A program made the position numbers and the translations under genes. Positions 27,599 to 37,117 of a stretch of DNA of 64,000 bases are shown here, piece after piece. Location of the stretch: positions 19,465-83,464 of the forward strand of contig JALFRW010000033.1 in assembly GCA_022778715.1 (NCBI GenBank), in the 5' to 3' direction. Numbering within the stretch: the first letter of the stretch is position 1; each line of letters begins with the position of its first letter. The DNA is from Ezakiella sp. Lineage in GTDB: Bacteria > Bacillota > Clostridia > Tissierellales > Peptoniphilaceae. Below the pieces are notes generated by a model that saw nothing but the letters and a program-made list of their open reading frames with translations, searched no databases and was not told the origin of the DNA.

Positions 27599-28528
27599 AT
27601 GTCTGGAGAAAAATTAGATAAAAAAAATCAAAACTCCAAAGACGCTTCTTCCGGGATTAAAGAAGTTTACAAAAAAATCAGCAAAAAGACGAAGGAAATT
27701 GAACTCGATATAAATGGAGACAGCTACAATTCAGAGGAAGAAACTAAAATAGAAAAGGCGGACCCCAAGAAAGAAAAACAGGAGAGAATCACAAAGTTAT
27801 TTTTGGATTATCAAAAGACCGGCGACAAAGAAATTCGTGATATTTTGGTTAAGGAGCATTTGTATTTGGCCGAAATTTTGGCAAAAAAATACATAGGAAA
27901 AGGCATCGACTACGAAGACATTTTTCAAGTGGCAAGCATTGGTCTAATTCTCGCTGTGGACCGATTTGACCCAACCAAGGGATTTGTGTTCTCAAGCTAT
28001 GCGACTCCAACAATTATTGGTGAAATAAAGCGCTATTTTAGAGATAAAGGGTGGACAATAAAAGTTCCGCGCAGAATTCAGGAACTTTCAAAAAAGATAA
28101 GTGTGGCGAAAAATACGCTCACTACAATGTTTGGTCGTATTCCGACTGCTGAAGAAATTGCGGATTATTTAGACGTGACTTATGATCAAGTTATTGAAGC
28201 GATGGAAGCTTCTAAAGTTTACCAACCGGGCAGTATAGATTCCACAATTGATGCTAGTGAAGATGGAAACGAACTTCAAATCAAAGATGTTATCGGTGGA
28301 GAGGATCCGGTTTACGAGAGAGTTGAAAATTTGGACTATATTTTGAGAGAACTAAAAAAATTACCAAAAATTGAAAGAACTATTTTGGTGGAAAGATATA
28401 TCAACAGAAAAACTCAAATTGCAATCGCTGAAGAGTTAAACATTAGTCAGATGACGGTTTCTCGTTTGGAGAAAAAAGTTATCAGACAACTTCGTCAAAA
28501 CGCAAAAAAAATGTCCGAAGTAGATTAA
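27599..28528 (+). CDS. Group-3 sigma-70 family sigma factor (SigB/F/G-like) with K/E-rich N-terminal extension
   Basis: Region 2 has DYEDIFQVASIGLILAVDRFDP and YATPTIIGEIKRYFRD. Region 4 has the HTH IAEELNISQMTVSRLEKK. Confidence 0.9.
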   Translation: MSGEKLDKKNQNSKDASSGIKEVYKKISKKTKEIELDINGDSYNSEEETKIEKADPKKEKQERITKLFLDYQKTGDKEIRDILVKEHLYLAEILAKKYIGKGIDYEDIFQVASIGLILAVDRFDPTKGFVFSSYATPTIIGEIKRYFRDKGWTIKVPRRIQELSKKISVAKNTLTTMFGRIPTAEEIADYLDVTYDQVIEAMEASKVYQPGSIDSTIDASEDGNELQIKDVIGGEDPVYERVENLDYILRELKKLPKIERTILVERYINRKTQIAIAEELNISQMTVSRLEKKVIRQLRQNAKKMSEVD

Positions 28529-28529
28529 T

Positions 28530-29735
28530 ATGTTTGAAATTGATATAGATAAAATTGCAATTGATTCATTGTTAACTGAGTTAAATCTTGAAAAAAAGCC
28601 GGGTCTAGTCTGTCCATCCACAAACGGTAGTCATTTGGATATGAATTATGATATTATGAAAAATGGCATTATGGCATTGGAGGGCTATTTTGGCAAGGCT
28701 TTTTTGTATGGTTTTTTTGATAAAAAATTTATCGAATTAAGAGAACTGGGAATTTTTTTTGAAGAGAAAATGCTCAAAGCTACAAATGGAGTAAATACGC
28801 ATAAGGGAGCGATTTTTTCTCTTGGAATCCTCTCTTTTTTGGTGGGCAAAATCTTTAGTGACGGCACTGTTATAACTCACGAGAATTTTGAAATGCTCGT
28901 GAATGAAAAGTTAGCTCATGAAGAATTTGATGTGCTTGTAAAAGAGGGCGACTTTGGCGCAAGAAGTGAAGTGATTTCCGGATATAAGCATTCCTTTAGC
29001 GGATTGGAGCATCAAATTTTAAAAAGACTTTATTTTTTGATTTATAATCTGAAAGACACAAATGTAATAAGACGCGGCGGTGAAAAAAAAGCTGAGGAAT
29101 TTAGAAGACTTGCCAAAAATTCATTTGAAACCGGAAACTACGACGATACAATTGAGTTTGCACTGGTAAATTTCTTGTCTCCGGGTGGAGCCGCCGACAT
29201 TTTAATCAATTCTATTTTTATTGATAAATTATTAAACTATATTGAAGAAAGAAGTAAATATTATTTGCCTGATAAATTAAACTATAACGAGCAAATTTAT
29301 GGTAGAATAGTAAATAATAATATTTTAGTTTTTAGTCTCGTGTTTCCGGGATTGATTAAGGACATTAAGATTTTTAGAGAATTTTACTTAAAAATTGAAG
29401 GCGAGATAAGAAAGAAATTTAATTTGGATTATGAATCTCAAGTTTTTACGGATTTTGGTTATTACACTTTTTATGATTTGAAAGATTTTGATTTTGATAG
29501 AGTTTTTTTGATGAAAAAAGAGGCCATAAATTTAGAAAAGATAGGACTGATAGATTTAGATTTTTATTTTAATGGCGAGCCGGTTTCAAGAAAATCGCTG
29601 GGTTTACCGGAGAGAAAATGCATTTTATGCGAGAATGTTGCAAAAAATTGCTATGTGAATCGAATCCATAAAAAATCTGAACTGATTAAAAAGTCAGAGG
29701 TGCTAATTATGGATTATATGGGGGAAATATGGTAG
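28530..29735 (+). CDS. CitG-CitX fusion: triphosphoribosyl-dephospho-CoA synthase plus holo-ACP synthase-like domain
   Basis: The N-terminus has KKPGLVCPSTNGSHLDMNY...GGAADIL (CitG/MdcB pattern). The C-terminus has GLIDLDFY...SRKSLGLPERKCILC...A..C (CitX pattern). Confidence 0.65.
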   Translation: MFEIDIDKIAIDSLLTELNLEKKPGLVCPSTNGSHLDMNYDIMKNGIMALEGYFGKAFLYGFFDKKFIELRELGIFFEEKMLKATNGVNTHKGAIFSLGILSFLVGKIFSDGTVITHENFEMLVNEKLAHEEFDVLVKEGDFGARSEVISGYKHSFSGLEHQILKRLYFLIYNLKDTNVIRRGGEKKAEEFRRLAKNSFETGNYDDTIEFALVNFLSPGGAADILINSIFIDKLLNYIEERSKYYLPDKLNYNEQIYGRIVNNNILVFSLVFPGLIKDIKIFREFYLKIEGEIRKKFNLDYESQVFTDFGYYTFYDLKDFDFDRVFLMKKEAINLEKIGLIDLDFYFNGEPVSRKSLGLPERKCILCENVAKNCYVNRIHKKSELIKKSEVLIMDYMGEIW

Positions 29736-30526
29736 AAATTTTAAAAAAGACAAAATTATCTGATAATATTTATGAAATTGTGATAGATGCACCAAATGTG
29801 AGCTTAAATGTGCTACCAGGTCAATTTTTTATGTTGCAGGCAACTGAAAAATCTGAAAGAGTCGCACTCAGCGTTTCAGATTGGGACAGACATGAGGGAC
29901 GGGTTAAGTTTGTGATTATGCCCGTGGGTGATAGCACGAATGATATTGTTAAAAAAAATGTGGGAGAAAAATATTATCACGCATGTGGACCCCTTGGCAA
30001 TCCAAGCGATCTTGTGTATATGAGTGATGATGAGTTAAAAAAAGAAAAGATAGTGTTTTTGGCAGGCGGAGTGGGAGCTGCTCCGGTTTATCCGCAAGCA
30101 AGATATTTGAACGAAAAAGGTATAAGACCAACAGTAATTTTGGCAGCTAGAAATAAAGATTTGCTTCTTTATGAAGAAAAACTCGGTGAAGTGGCAGAGG
30201 TGATTGTGGCAACTGACGACGGAAGCAAAGGGTTTAATGGACTTGTGACTGACTGTTTGGAAGATTTGGTCAAAAAGGGCAGAAGTTTCACTCGTGCAAT
30301 AGCCATCGGCCCAATGATTATGATGAAGTTTGCGGTTTTAAAGACAAAGGCACTCGGCATCAAATCAATTGTGAGTTTAAATCCTATTATGCTCGATGGC
30401 ACTGGAATGTGCGGTTGTTGCAGATGCAGCGTGGGCGGAGAAACGAAATACGCTTGCGTGGACGGACCTGAATTTTTGGGTGAAGAAGTGGACTTTGACG
30501 AGGCACTAAGGAGACTAAAGAGATGA
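29729..30526 (+). CDS. Sulfide/dihydroorotate dehydrogenase-like FAD/NAD-binding subunit (NfnA-like)
   Basis: Ferredoxin-reductase-like fold pattern and a C-terminal Cys cluster GTGMCGCCRC...YACVDGP. Confidence 0.8.
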   Translation: MVEILKKTKLSDNIYEIVIDAPNVSLNVLPGQFFMLQATEKSERVALSVSDWDRHEGRVKFVIMPVGDSTNDIVKKNVGEKYYHACGPLGNPSDLVYMSDDELKKEKIVFLAGGVGAAPVYPQARYLNEKGIRPTVILAARNKDLLLYEEKLGEVAEVIVATDDGSKGFNGLVTDCLEDLVKKGRSFTRAIAIGPMIMMKFAVLKTKALGIKSIVSLNPIMLDGTGMCGCCRCSVGGETKYACVDGPEFLGEEVDFDEALRRLKR

Positions 30527-31866
30527 GCGAAAGAGAAATATATTTAGAAGTTCAAAAAAATTTAAAGCCTTCTAAACGCGATAGACTTTCTCCATTGGAC
30601 AGAGCCAGCGATGTTAGGAATAAGGACTTTTTTGAAGTGTCGCTAGGTTTTACCGACAAAGAAGCCTTTTTGGAAGCTGAAAGATGTTTAAATTGTAAAA
30701 ATCCAACTTGTATTGAAGGCTGCCCGGTATCAATTAATATTCCGGAGTTTATCATGGCGGTGAAGTATGGTAAAATAGAAGAAGCAAAAAAAGTTATCGA
30801 TCATTCTCACGCTTTTCCTTGTATCACCGGAAGAGTTTGTCCGCAAGAAACGCAATGTGAATCAGTTTGTGTGCTTCAAAAGCTCGGTAAACCCGTAAAT
30901 ATCGGTAAGCTCGAAAGATATGTTGGCGACAAAAGTCGATTAAATAAAAAAGAGACTAAATATAATATTCCCGAGTTTAAATACTCAGTAGGAATTGTGG
31001 GAAGCGGTCCTGCAAGTATGAGCCTTTCTTACGACCTTTTAAACCACGGTGTGAAGCCTGTAATTTATGAGGCATTTGACATTTGTGGAGGCGTTTTAAA
31101 TTACGGTATTCCGGAGTTTAGACTTCCGCGCGAAGTGATTGATTTTGAATTAAATGAACTCTTAAATCGAGGAATGGAAGTGCACTATGGGTCAATTGTG
31201 GGCAAGAGCATTTCAATAGATGAACTCTTGGAAAGGCACGAATTTGTCTTTATAGGGAGTGGAGCAGGTTTACCAAAACTTCCAAATATTCCGGGCATTC
31301 AAAACAATATAGTCTTAACTGCAAATGAATTTTTAACTAGAATTAATCTCTTGCATGCTAATGTGGATGGCTATAGAACCCCGCTGCCAAAGGCTGAAAA
31401 TGTGGCTGTAATCGGAGGAGGCAATGTGGCGATGGACGCTGCCAGATGTGCTAAAAGGCTTTACAAAAACACAGAGATTTTTTATAGAAGAGGTGAAGAG
31501 CATTTATCTGCAAGAATTGAAGAAATTGAACACGCAAAAGAAGAAGGCATAAAAATTAACACCAACTACAATCCGGTTCAGATTTTGGAAGATGGCATTG
31601 TGTTTGATGTAAATGGTGAAAAGGTGGCAAGAAATTTCGATCTCGTGATTTTTGCAATCGGCACAAGTCCAAACAAACTTATGAGTTTTAAACAAAACAT
31701 GATTGAAACGCTTAATGGACTGATTGTCACAGATCAAAACTTGAAAACTTCAAGAGATAGAGTTTACGCAGGAGGCGACATTGTAACCGGTGCGGCAACT
31801 GTCATCAAAGCCATGGAAATGGGCAAAATTGCTGCAGAATCCATTATAAAAGAATTGGGAGTTTAG
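30523..31866 (+). CDS. NADPH-dependent glutamate synthase small-chain-like oxidoreductase (NfnB/GltD-like)
   Basis: Cys motifs CLNCKNPTCIEGCP and GRVCPQETQCESVC. Dinucleotide folds VGSGPAS and IGGGNVAMD. Confidence 0.85.
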   Translation: MSEREIYLEVQKNLKPSKRDRLSPLDRASDVRNKDFFEVSLGFTDKEAFLEAERCLNCKNPTCIEGCPVSINIPEFIMAVKYGKIEEAKKVIDHSHAFPCITGRVCPQETQCESVCVLQKLGKPVNIGKLERYVGDKSRLNKKETKYNIPEFKYSVGIVGSGPASMSLSYDLLNHGVKPVIYEAFDICGGVLNYGIPEFRLPREVIDFELNELLNRGMEVHYGSIVGKSISIDELLERHEFVFIGSGAGLPKLPNIPGIQNNIVLTANEFLTRINLLHANVDGYRTPLPKAENVAVIGGGNVAMDAARCAKRLYKNTEIFYRRGEEHLSARIEEIEHAKEEGIKINTNYNPVQILEDGIVFDVNGEKVARNFDLVIFAIGTSPNKLMSFKQNMIETLNGLIVTDQNLKTSRDRVYAGGDIVTGAATVIKAMEMGKIAAESIIKELGV

Positions 31867-31869
31867 AAA

Positions 31870-32421
31870 TTGATAATTGAAAGTATTTTATTTGTATTTA
31901 TATTTTGCTTGAGCAAAAAATATAATTTTTCAAATATTGAGTATTTTCCCAAAAAATATATTTCTTTTTCGCTTGCATTTATTGTTATAAATTTTGTTCT
32001 GATTTTGTGGGCAAAAACTGCTACAAATTGGGATAATATAAGAATTTTGCACTTATTAAGTTTTGTTTTTTTGTATCCCTATATGATAAAAAATTACAAA
32101 TATAAGGGAATGATAATTTTAATCACGGGAGTGAGTTTAAATTTTATCGTGATGTATTTAAATGGATTAAAAATGCCAATTGATGGTTATTTTTACAAAC
32201 AGATTGTATCGGATGCAAATTTTATGGCAACCAAAATGGGTAGAAATTTGTATCATTCCCTAATAGACGATAACACGCTTTATTATCAACTCGCAGATAT
32301 AATTCCGCTTTTAAAGCCATATCCATTTCCAAAAATTATTTCGATAGGAGATATATTTATAGCAATTGGTTTTTCGACAGTTGCTATTACTACTATAAGA
32401 GGTGATTACACTGAAAAATAG
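31870..32421 (+). CDS. Multi-pass membrane protein (possibly DUF5317-like)
   Basis: 183 aa and hydrophobic, with a TTG start. Family assignment is tentative. Confidence 0.5.
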   Translation: MIIESILFVFIFCLSKKYNFSNIEYFPKKYISFSLAFIVINFVLILWAKTATNWDNIRILHLLSFVFLYPYMIKNYKYKGMIILITGVSLNFIVMYLNGLKMPIDGYFYKQIVSDANFMATKMGRNLYHSLIDDNTLYYQLADIIPLLKPYPFPKIISIGDIFIAIGFSTVAITTIRGDYTEK

Positions 32422-33667
32422 ACATAGAAAATTATATATTTTATTTGCGCTGTGCCTAGTTTTTCTTATTGCGGGCTGCTCATATTTGAATAAAATGGAA
32501 AGCAAAAAAACACATACAAAAGTTGATTATTTTTCAGAGATAACTTTGTATGAAAAAAAATCAAATGAATTTTGCACATTTGACTATGCCGAGTTTGTAA
32601 AGAAAAAAAGAGAAGCTGAAGGCTTCAAGCTCTATGTGGCAGGGGATATTATGTTTCATTCGCCTCAGCTTTCTGCGGCCTTAAAAAGCGGTGAATACGA
32701 TTTTTTTGAATCTTTTAGATATGTAAAAGACGTTATTAAAGATGGACTTGCAATCGCAAATCTTGAAACTACGATTGCGGAAGACAACTTTATGGGTTAT
32801 CCGATGTTTAGAACTCCGGCAGTGGCAGTGAAAAATTTAAAATTTGCCGGATTCGACATTTTAGGGTTAGCAAACAACCACGCGCTGGACGGCAAACTGG
32901 AGGGTGTAATAAGGACTAAACAGACAGTCTTGGATAACCAAATCGTGCCGCTTGGAACATATTTTGAAGATGAAGAAACTTTGCCGCAAATTGTGGAAGT
33001 AAATGGTAGAAAGATTGCTTTTTTAAATTACACTTACGGCTTAAATGGTCTCGACGGTTTTCTGGGTGGCAAAGATTATATGATAAACATTTTAAATGAA
33101 GAAAAAGTGAAAAGTGATATTGATTATACAAAGAAAAACGCAGATGGAATTATCGTGATGGTGCATTGGGGCAACGAATATGTAATCAATAATCATGTGG
33201 AAAGCCAGGAAAGATGGCTCAATTTTTTCAATCAAAACGGAGTGGACGTGGTGCTTGGTAGTCATCCGCACGTTATAGAGCCGGACGGTTTTTTGGAAAA
33301 TAATGGACACAAAATGTATTACATCTACAGTCTGGGAAATTTTTTGTCAAATCAAAGACGCGAATATATGAACCAACCATACGGCGAAGACGGCGTGATT
33401 TTGGAGCTTACCATAAAACCGTTTGACAAAAAGCGAATTGAAGTGAAAGATGTGGTGTATCACCCGACATGGGTGAAGCGAACAAAAGATCCGCTAACTT
33501 ACGAGATACTGCCGGTTTATGACGGGCTGAAGGGATTTATTCCGGAGCTTACTGACGGCGACATAGAAAAATTAAAAGAATCCAAAGATAGAACGCTTTC
33601 GATTCTAAAAACGGGCAAATATATTGGAGATATTCACGATGGAACCGAGCTACAATCAAATAATTAG
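32402..33667 (+). CDS. CapA-family (PGA_cap metallophosphatase-like) lipoprotein
   Basis: Lipobox LIAGC, plus motifs ANNHALDG, HWGNEY and GSHPHV. Confidence 0.8.
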   Translation: MITLKNRHRKLYILFALCLVFLIAGCSYLNKMESKKTHTKVDYFSEITLYEKKSNEFCTFDYAEFVKKKREAEGFKLYVAGDIMFHSPQLSAALKSGEYDFFESFRYVKDVIKDGLAIANLETTIAEDNFMGYPMFRTPAVAVKNLKFAGFDILGLANNHALDGKLEGVIRTKQTVLDNQIVPLGTYFEDEETLPQIVEVNGRKIAFLNYTYGLNGLDGFLGGKDYMINILNEEKVKSDIDYTKKNADGIIVMVHWGNEYVINNHVESQERWLNFFNQNGVDVVLGSHPHVIEPDGFLENNGHKMYYIYSLGNFLSNQRREYMNQPYGEDGVILELTIKPFDKKRIEVKDVVYHPTWVKRTKDPLTYEILPVYDGLKGFIPELTDGDIEKLKESKDRTLSILKTGKYIGDIHDGTELQSNN

Positions 33668-34541
33668 TTTGACTACAGACACGGATTCCAAAAAATTAAA
33701 TGACGCATTAAAGCGTCTAAACATCTCGCACAAAACTTTTAAAACTTATTATTACAAAGATCTCATTCGTGTGAACGGAAAAAGAGTGATGCATATTAAT
33801 CCGGTGAAAGCCGGAAGTCTAATTGAGTTTATTATTCCGGGTGTGATGACGCCTATTGGAATGGAAACTCGCCCCGCAAAAGTACTTTATGAAGACGAAA
33901 TGATTTTTCTTCTTTACAAAGAGGCGGGCATTTTAACTCACGAATCCAGAAATCATTTTGGCGTGAATTTTAAGGACCAAGTGACCGCACTTTTTAATGA
34001 AAAACATATTTATCAGCCAATAAGATTTGTAAACAGGCTCGACATGGACACATCAGGCATTATTATGGTGGCAAAAAATGATATCGCTCAAGGTTATTAC
34101 CAAAAGTTGCACGAAAAAAATCTTATAATAAAAGAATATATTTGCATTGTAAAGAGCAAATCTCCTCTGGAAGAAGAAACGACAGTAACTGCACGAATTG
34201 GGAGAGATGAGATTGGAATTAAAAGAAAAATTGCAGAAGAGGGAGAAGAGGGTTTGTCTGCAAAGACAATTTTTACTCCGCTTTATTACAAAGACGGAAT
34301 TGAAATTTTAAAGGCGAAAATTTTAACCGGAAGGACTCATCAGATAAGAGTTCATCTCGGATATTTGGACAAAGTATTACTTGGTGATACGCTCTATGGC
34401 GGTGACGATAGCTTGATAAAAAGACAAGCACTTCACAGTTACAGACTTAGGACATACGGCATAAGCGGAAAAGAGATTGATGTGTTTTGCGAGTTGCCGG
34501 AAGATATGAAGAAAGTTATAGAAGGTATAAATGAGTTTTAA
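33639..34541 (+). CDS. RluA-family pseudouridine synthase
   Basis: Catalytic motif NRLDMDTSGIIMVAKN and the C-terminal GRTHQIRVH. Confidence 0.85.
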   Translation: MEPSYNQIISLTTDTDSKKLNDALKRLNISHKTFKTYYYKDLIRVNGKRVMHINPVKAGSLIEFIIPGVMTPIGMETRPAKVLYEDEMIFLLYKEAGILTHESRNHFGVNFKDQVTALFNEKHIYQPIRFVNRLDMDTSGIIMVAKNDIAQGYYQKLHEKNLIIKEYICIVKSKSPLEEETTVTARIGRDEIGIKRKIAEEGEEGLSAKTIFTPLYYKDGIEILKAKILTGRTHQIRVHLGYLDKVLLGDTLYGGDDSLIKRQALHSYRLRTYGISGKEIDVFCELPEDMKKVIEGINEF

Positions 34542-35451
34542 GAAATTTTTATTTATTTTATCAACTGAAGCAGCCGGAGGCAGAAATTTGCCTACAAAAG
34601 AACATATTTTAACAAATGTGGACAAAAATATAGAAGTCGAAGTTGTAAACACACTTTATCGAGGTCACACAACAAATCTTGCGCGTGAGTTTGCACAAAA
34701 AAATCCGGGCAGCGTTGTGGTCGCTTGCGGAGGCGACGGCACTTTGAGAGAAGTAGCTGAAGGGGTGTTTGGTACGGACTCATATTTTAGTGCGATACCA
34801 TGCGGAACCGGAAACGATTTTTACAAAACAGTTGCTTACGGTGTAAGCGCAGAAGAAATGATTAAAAATATTCACAAACTCACACCATCAAAAATTGACC
34901 TTATAAAAGTAAATGACAAAATTTGTTTAAATGTTTGGAATTTTGGATTTGATGCAGATGTGATTGTAAAAGCGAAAGAACTTCAAGCAAAACATCCGAG
35001 AATGCAAGATTTATCATATACATTTGGTGCGATAAAAAGTGTATTTGGAAAACTGAGCACCAAAATAAGCTATGAAATCGAAACTATTGACAACAAATTG
35101 CACACGGGCTCGGGGAATTTTCTGCTCGGCAATGTCGCAAATGGAAAATATTACGGCGGAGGATTTAACCCGGCGCCAAGAGCCGATGTAAAAGATGGAA
35201 TTTTAAATGTATCGTTGATTGATCACACAAATTCGTTTCAGCTTTTGGCACTTTTGGGCAAATATAAAAAAGGCAAACATGAGCACTTTAAAATAGTGCA
35301 TACATTTGACGCAGTAAAAGGCAAATTAAAATCGCTGGAGGGAGAAATAAACGGCTGTTATGATGGTGATATAGTTAGATTCAGTGAAGCGAAATTTGAA
35401 GTGATAAATAACGGGTTAAATTTCGCTGAATATGAGGGGAAAGATGGATAA
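34531..35451 (+). CDS. Diacylglycerol/lipid kinase family protein (YegS/DagK-like)
   Basis: GGDGTLREV and PCGTGNDF motifs. Confidence 0.85.
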   Translation: MSFKKFLFILSTEAAGGRNLPTKEHILTNVDKNIEVEVVNTLYRGHTTNLAREFAQKNPGSVVVACGGDGTLREVAEGVFGTDSYFSAIPCGTGNDFYKTVAYGVSAEEMIKNIHKLTPSKIDLIKVNDKICLNVWNFGFDADVIVKAKELQAKHPRMQDLSYTFGAIKSVFGKLSTKISYEIETIDNKLHTGSGNFLLGNVANGKYYGGGFNPAPRADVKDGILNVSLIDHTNSFQLLALLGKYKKGKHEHFKIVHTFDAVKGKLKSLEGEINGCYDGDIVRFSEAKFEVINNGLNFAEYEGKDG

Positions 35452-35974
35452 AGTATATATAGAAACTGAAAGATTAATACTAAGGCCAATTAGCATGTTT
35501 GATGCAAAAAGTATGTATGAATATGCAAAAGACGAAGAGCTCACCAAATATGTGCTGTGGGAACCTCACAAAAATCCGGAAACCACTTTAAGCGTGATAA
35601 ATAATATGTTAAAAAAGAAGAAAGTGGTGCCCGTGCTTGCAATTGTGATTAAGGAAAATAAAAAAATGATTGGTACAATTGAAGTGATGATGAGCGAAGA
35701 ATATAAATTAAATCGCAGAGCGGAGCTCGGGTATTGCATTTCACGCGAATATTGGAATCATGGATATATGACGGAAGCTGCAAGTGCGGTGATGAAATAT
35801 ATAAAAGACAAATACGATCTCTTGAGAATTGAAGGCCGGTATATAGAAGAGAATGTGGCAAGCGGACGCGTTATGGAAAAAATCGGCATGCAAAAAGAAG
35901 GCGTACTCAGAAAATTTTTATATATAGACGGCAAACCGTATAATTTAGTAGTTTACGCAAAAATTTATGACTGA
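35444..35974 (+). CDS. GNAT-family N-acetyltransferase (RimJ/RimL-like)
   Basis: TERLILRP...ELGYCISREYWNHGYMTEA pattern. GAGGGG RBS before the ATG at 35444. Confidence 0.85.
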   Translation: MDKVYIETERLILRPISMFDAKSMYEYAKDEELTKYVLWEPHKNPETTLSVINNMLKKKKVVPVLAIVIKENKKMIGTIEVMMSEEYKLNRRAELGYCISREYWNHGYMTEAASAVMKYIKDKYDLLRIEGRYIEENVASGRVMEKIGMQKEGVLRKFLYIDGKPYNLVVYAKIYD

Positions 35975-36184
35975 TATTTTAAAAAGCATATAATTTATGA
36001 ATTTTATCGGAAGAAATAAATTTGTAGAAAAAGTGATTTTGTATAGCAAGGAAAAATTGAAGTTTTTGTAAGCCGATGGGTTTATGAATTGAAGTGAATA
36101 TCAATCGGTGTGGCAAGCACAGTCAGAGTATTTTAGTTAATATGTAAAATACTTTTTTTATATTTCAGGAGAATTTTTATGTCA

Positions 36185-36216
36185 TTAAAAAACTCTTTGC
36201 AAACACAAAGAGTTAA
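36185..36216 (-). terminator. Intrinsic terminator after the Crp/Fnr gene
   Basis: AACTCTTTG-caaaca-CAAAGAGTT with a T-run on the minus strand. Confidence 0.6.
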
Positions 36217-36219
36217 AAT

Positions 36220-36906
36220 TTATACTGTTAAATCAGACAGTGCATCCATATCTAAAATTCTAATCACGCCTTTTGGCAACAGTTCAATATAGCCCATATC
36301 TTCGAAATATGAGAGCTTTCTTGTGACAGTTTCTCTTGCAAGCCCTGTGTAGCTTCCAAGTTCGGTACGGTTCATGTGCGGGCTGATAATAAATGTGCCG
36401 TCCGGTTCTTTTTGACCGCTCATGTTGACAAGGTCAATTAAACCCTTTGCCACTTTCATATCGCCATTAATAACAGAAAGCCTGTCAATCAGCTCTTCAG
36501 ATTTTCTAATTCTTAAGAAACTTTGAAGGAGCATTTCTCTTAAAAAATTTTCGTCGTGAATTAAAATTTCGTTGTATTCTTTTTTGCCTATTTTTATAAC
36601 TTCGGTGTCGGTTAATGCAATGCCATTATAAATATATTTGTCAGCTGTGAGTAGATTTAAGCCGCCAACGAAATCTTCTTTACGGTAAATATACAAAATT
36701 TGTTCTCTGCCGTCGGACAAATCCATAGAAATTTTCATAGCGCCACTCTTTACGATATACATATATTCCGCTTCGTCCTGAGGTCTGAAAATATATTCGC
36801 CACGCTTAAATTTTTCGATTTGCAAACTAAATTGGAGAGCCTCTTTTTCGGCTTCGTTCAAATGTTGAAGTAAAACTGTGTCATCAATCATCTCTCTTTT
36901 AATCAT
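36220..36906 (-). CDS. Crp/Fnr-family transcriptional regulator
   Basis: N-terminal cNMP-binding-like domain. C-terminal HTH RTELGSYTGLARETVTRKLSYFE. Confidence 0.85.
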   Translation of the reverse strand: MIKREMIDDTVLLQHLNEAEKEALQFSLQIEKFKRGEYIFRPQDEAEYMYIVKSGAMKISMDLSDGREQILYIYRKEDFVGGLNLLTADKYIYNGIALTDTEVIKIGKKEYNEILIHDENFLREMLLQSFLRIRKSEELIDRLSVINGDMKVAKGLIDLVNMSGQKEPDGTFIISPHMNRTELGSYTGLARETVTRKLSYFEDMGYIELLPKGVIRILDMDALSDLTV

Positions 36907-37052
36907 AAAATCACCCCATTTTCTATATTATATCTTATTTTACTTTTTTTATCAATTTTACTCTTTCTTAATATTTTTTAAATATTTGTGTTTGCTTAAG
37001 GGCGATATTTATAGGAATTCAAACTTGATAGGATTTAAAGCGGAAATACATT

Positions 37053-37091
37053 ATAAAAAATAATCGGTTAGTCGAAAAAACCAACCGATTA
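37053..37091 (-). terminator. Intrinsic terminator after the ABC exporter pair
   Basis: TAATCGGTT...AACCGATTA inverted repeat with a T-run on the minus strand. Confidence 0.5.
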
Positions 37092-37117
37092 TTAAATAAT
37101 TATTTAAGCATTTTATA

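Noticed and set aside
26976-28528. Interpretation as a sporulation spoIIAA-spoIIAB-sigF operon
   Set aside because: The middle protein lacks the kinase motifs and is too short. No other sporulation genes are in the window, and the sigma factor has an atypical N-terminal extension. I call it a generic partner-switching module instead.
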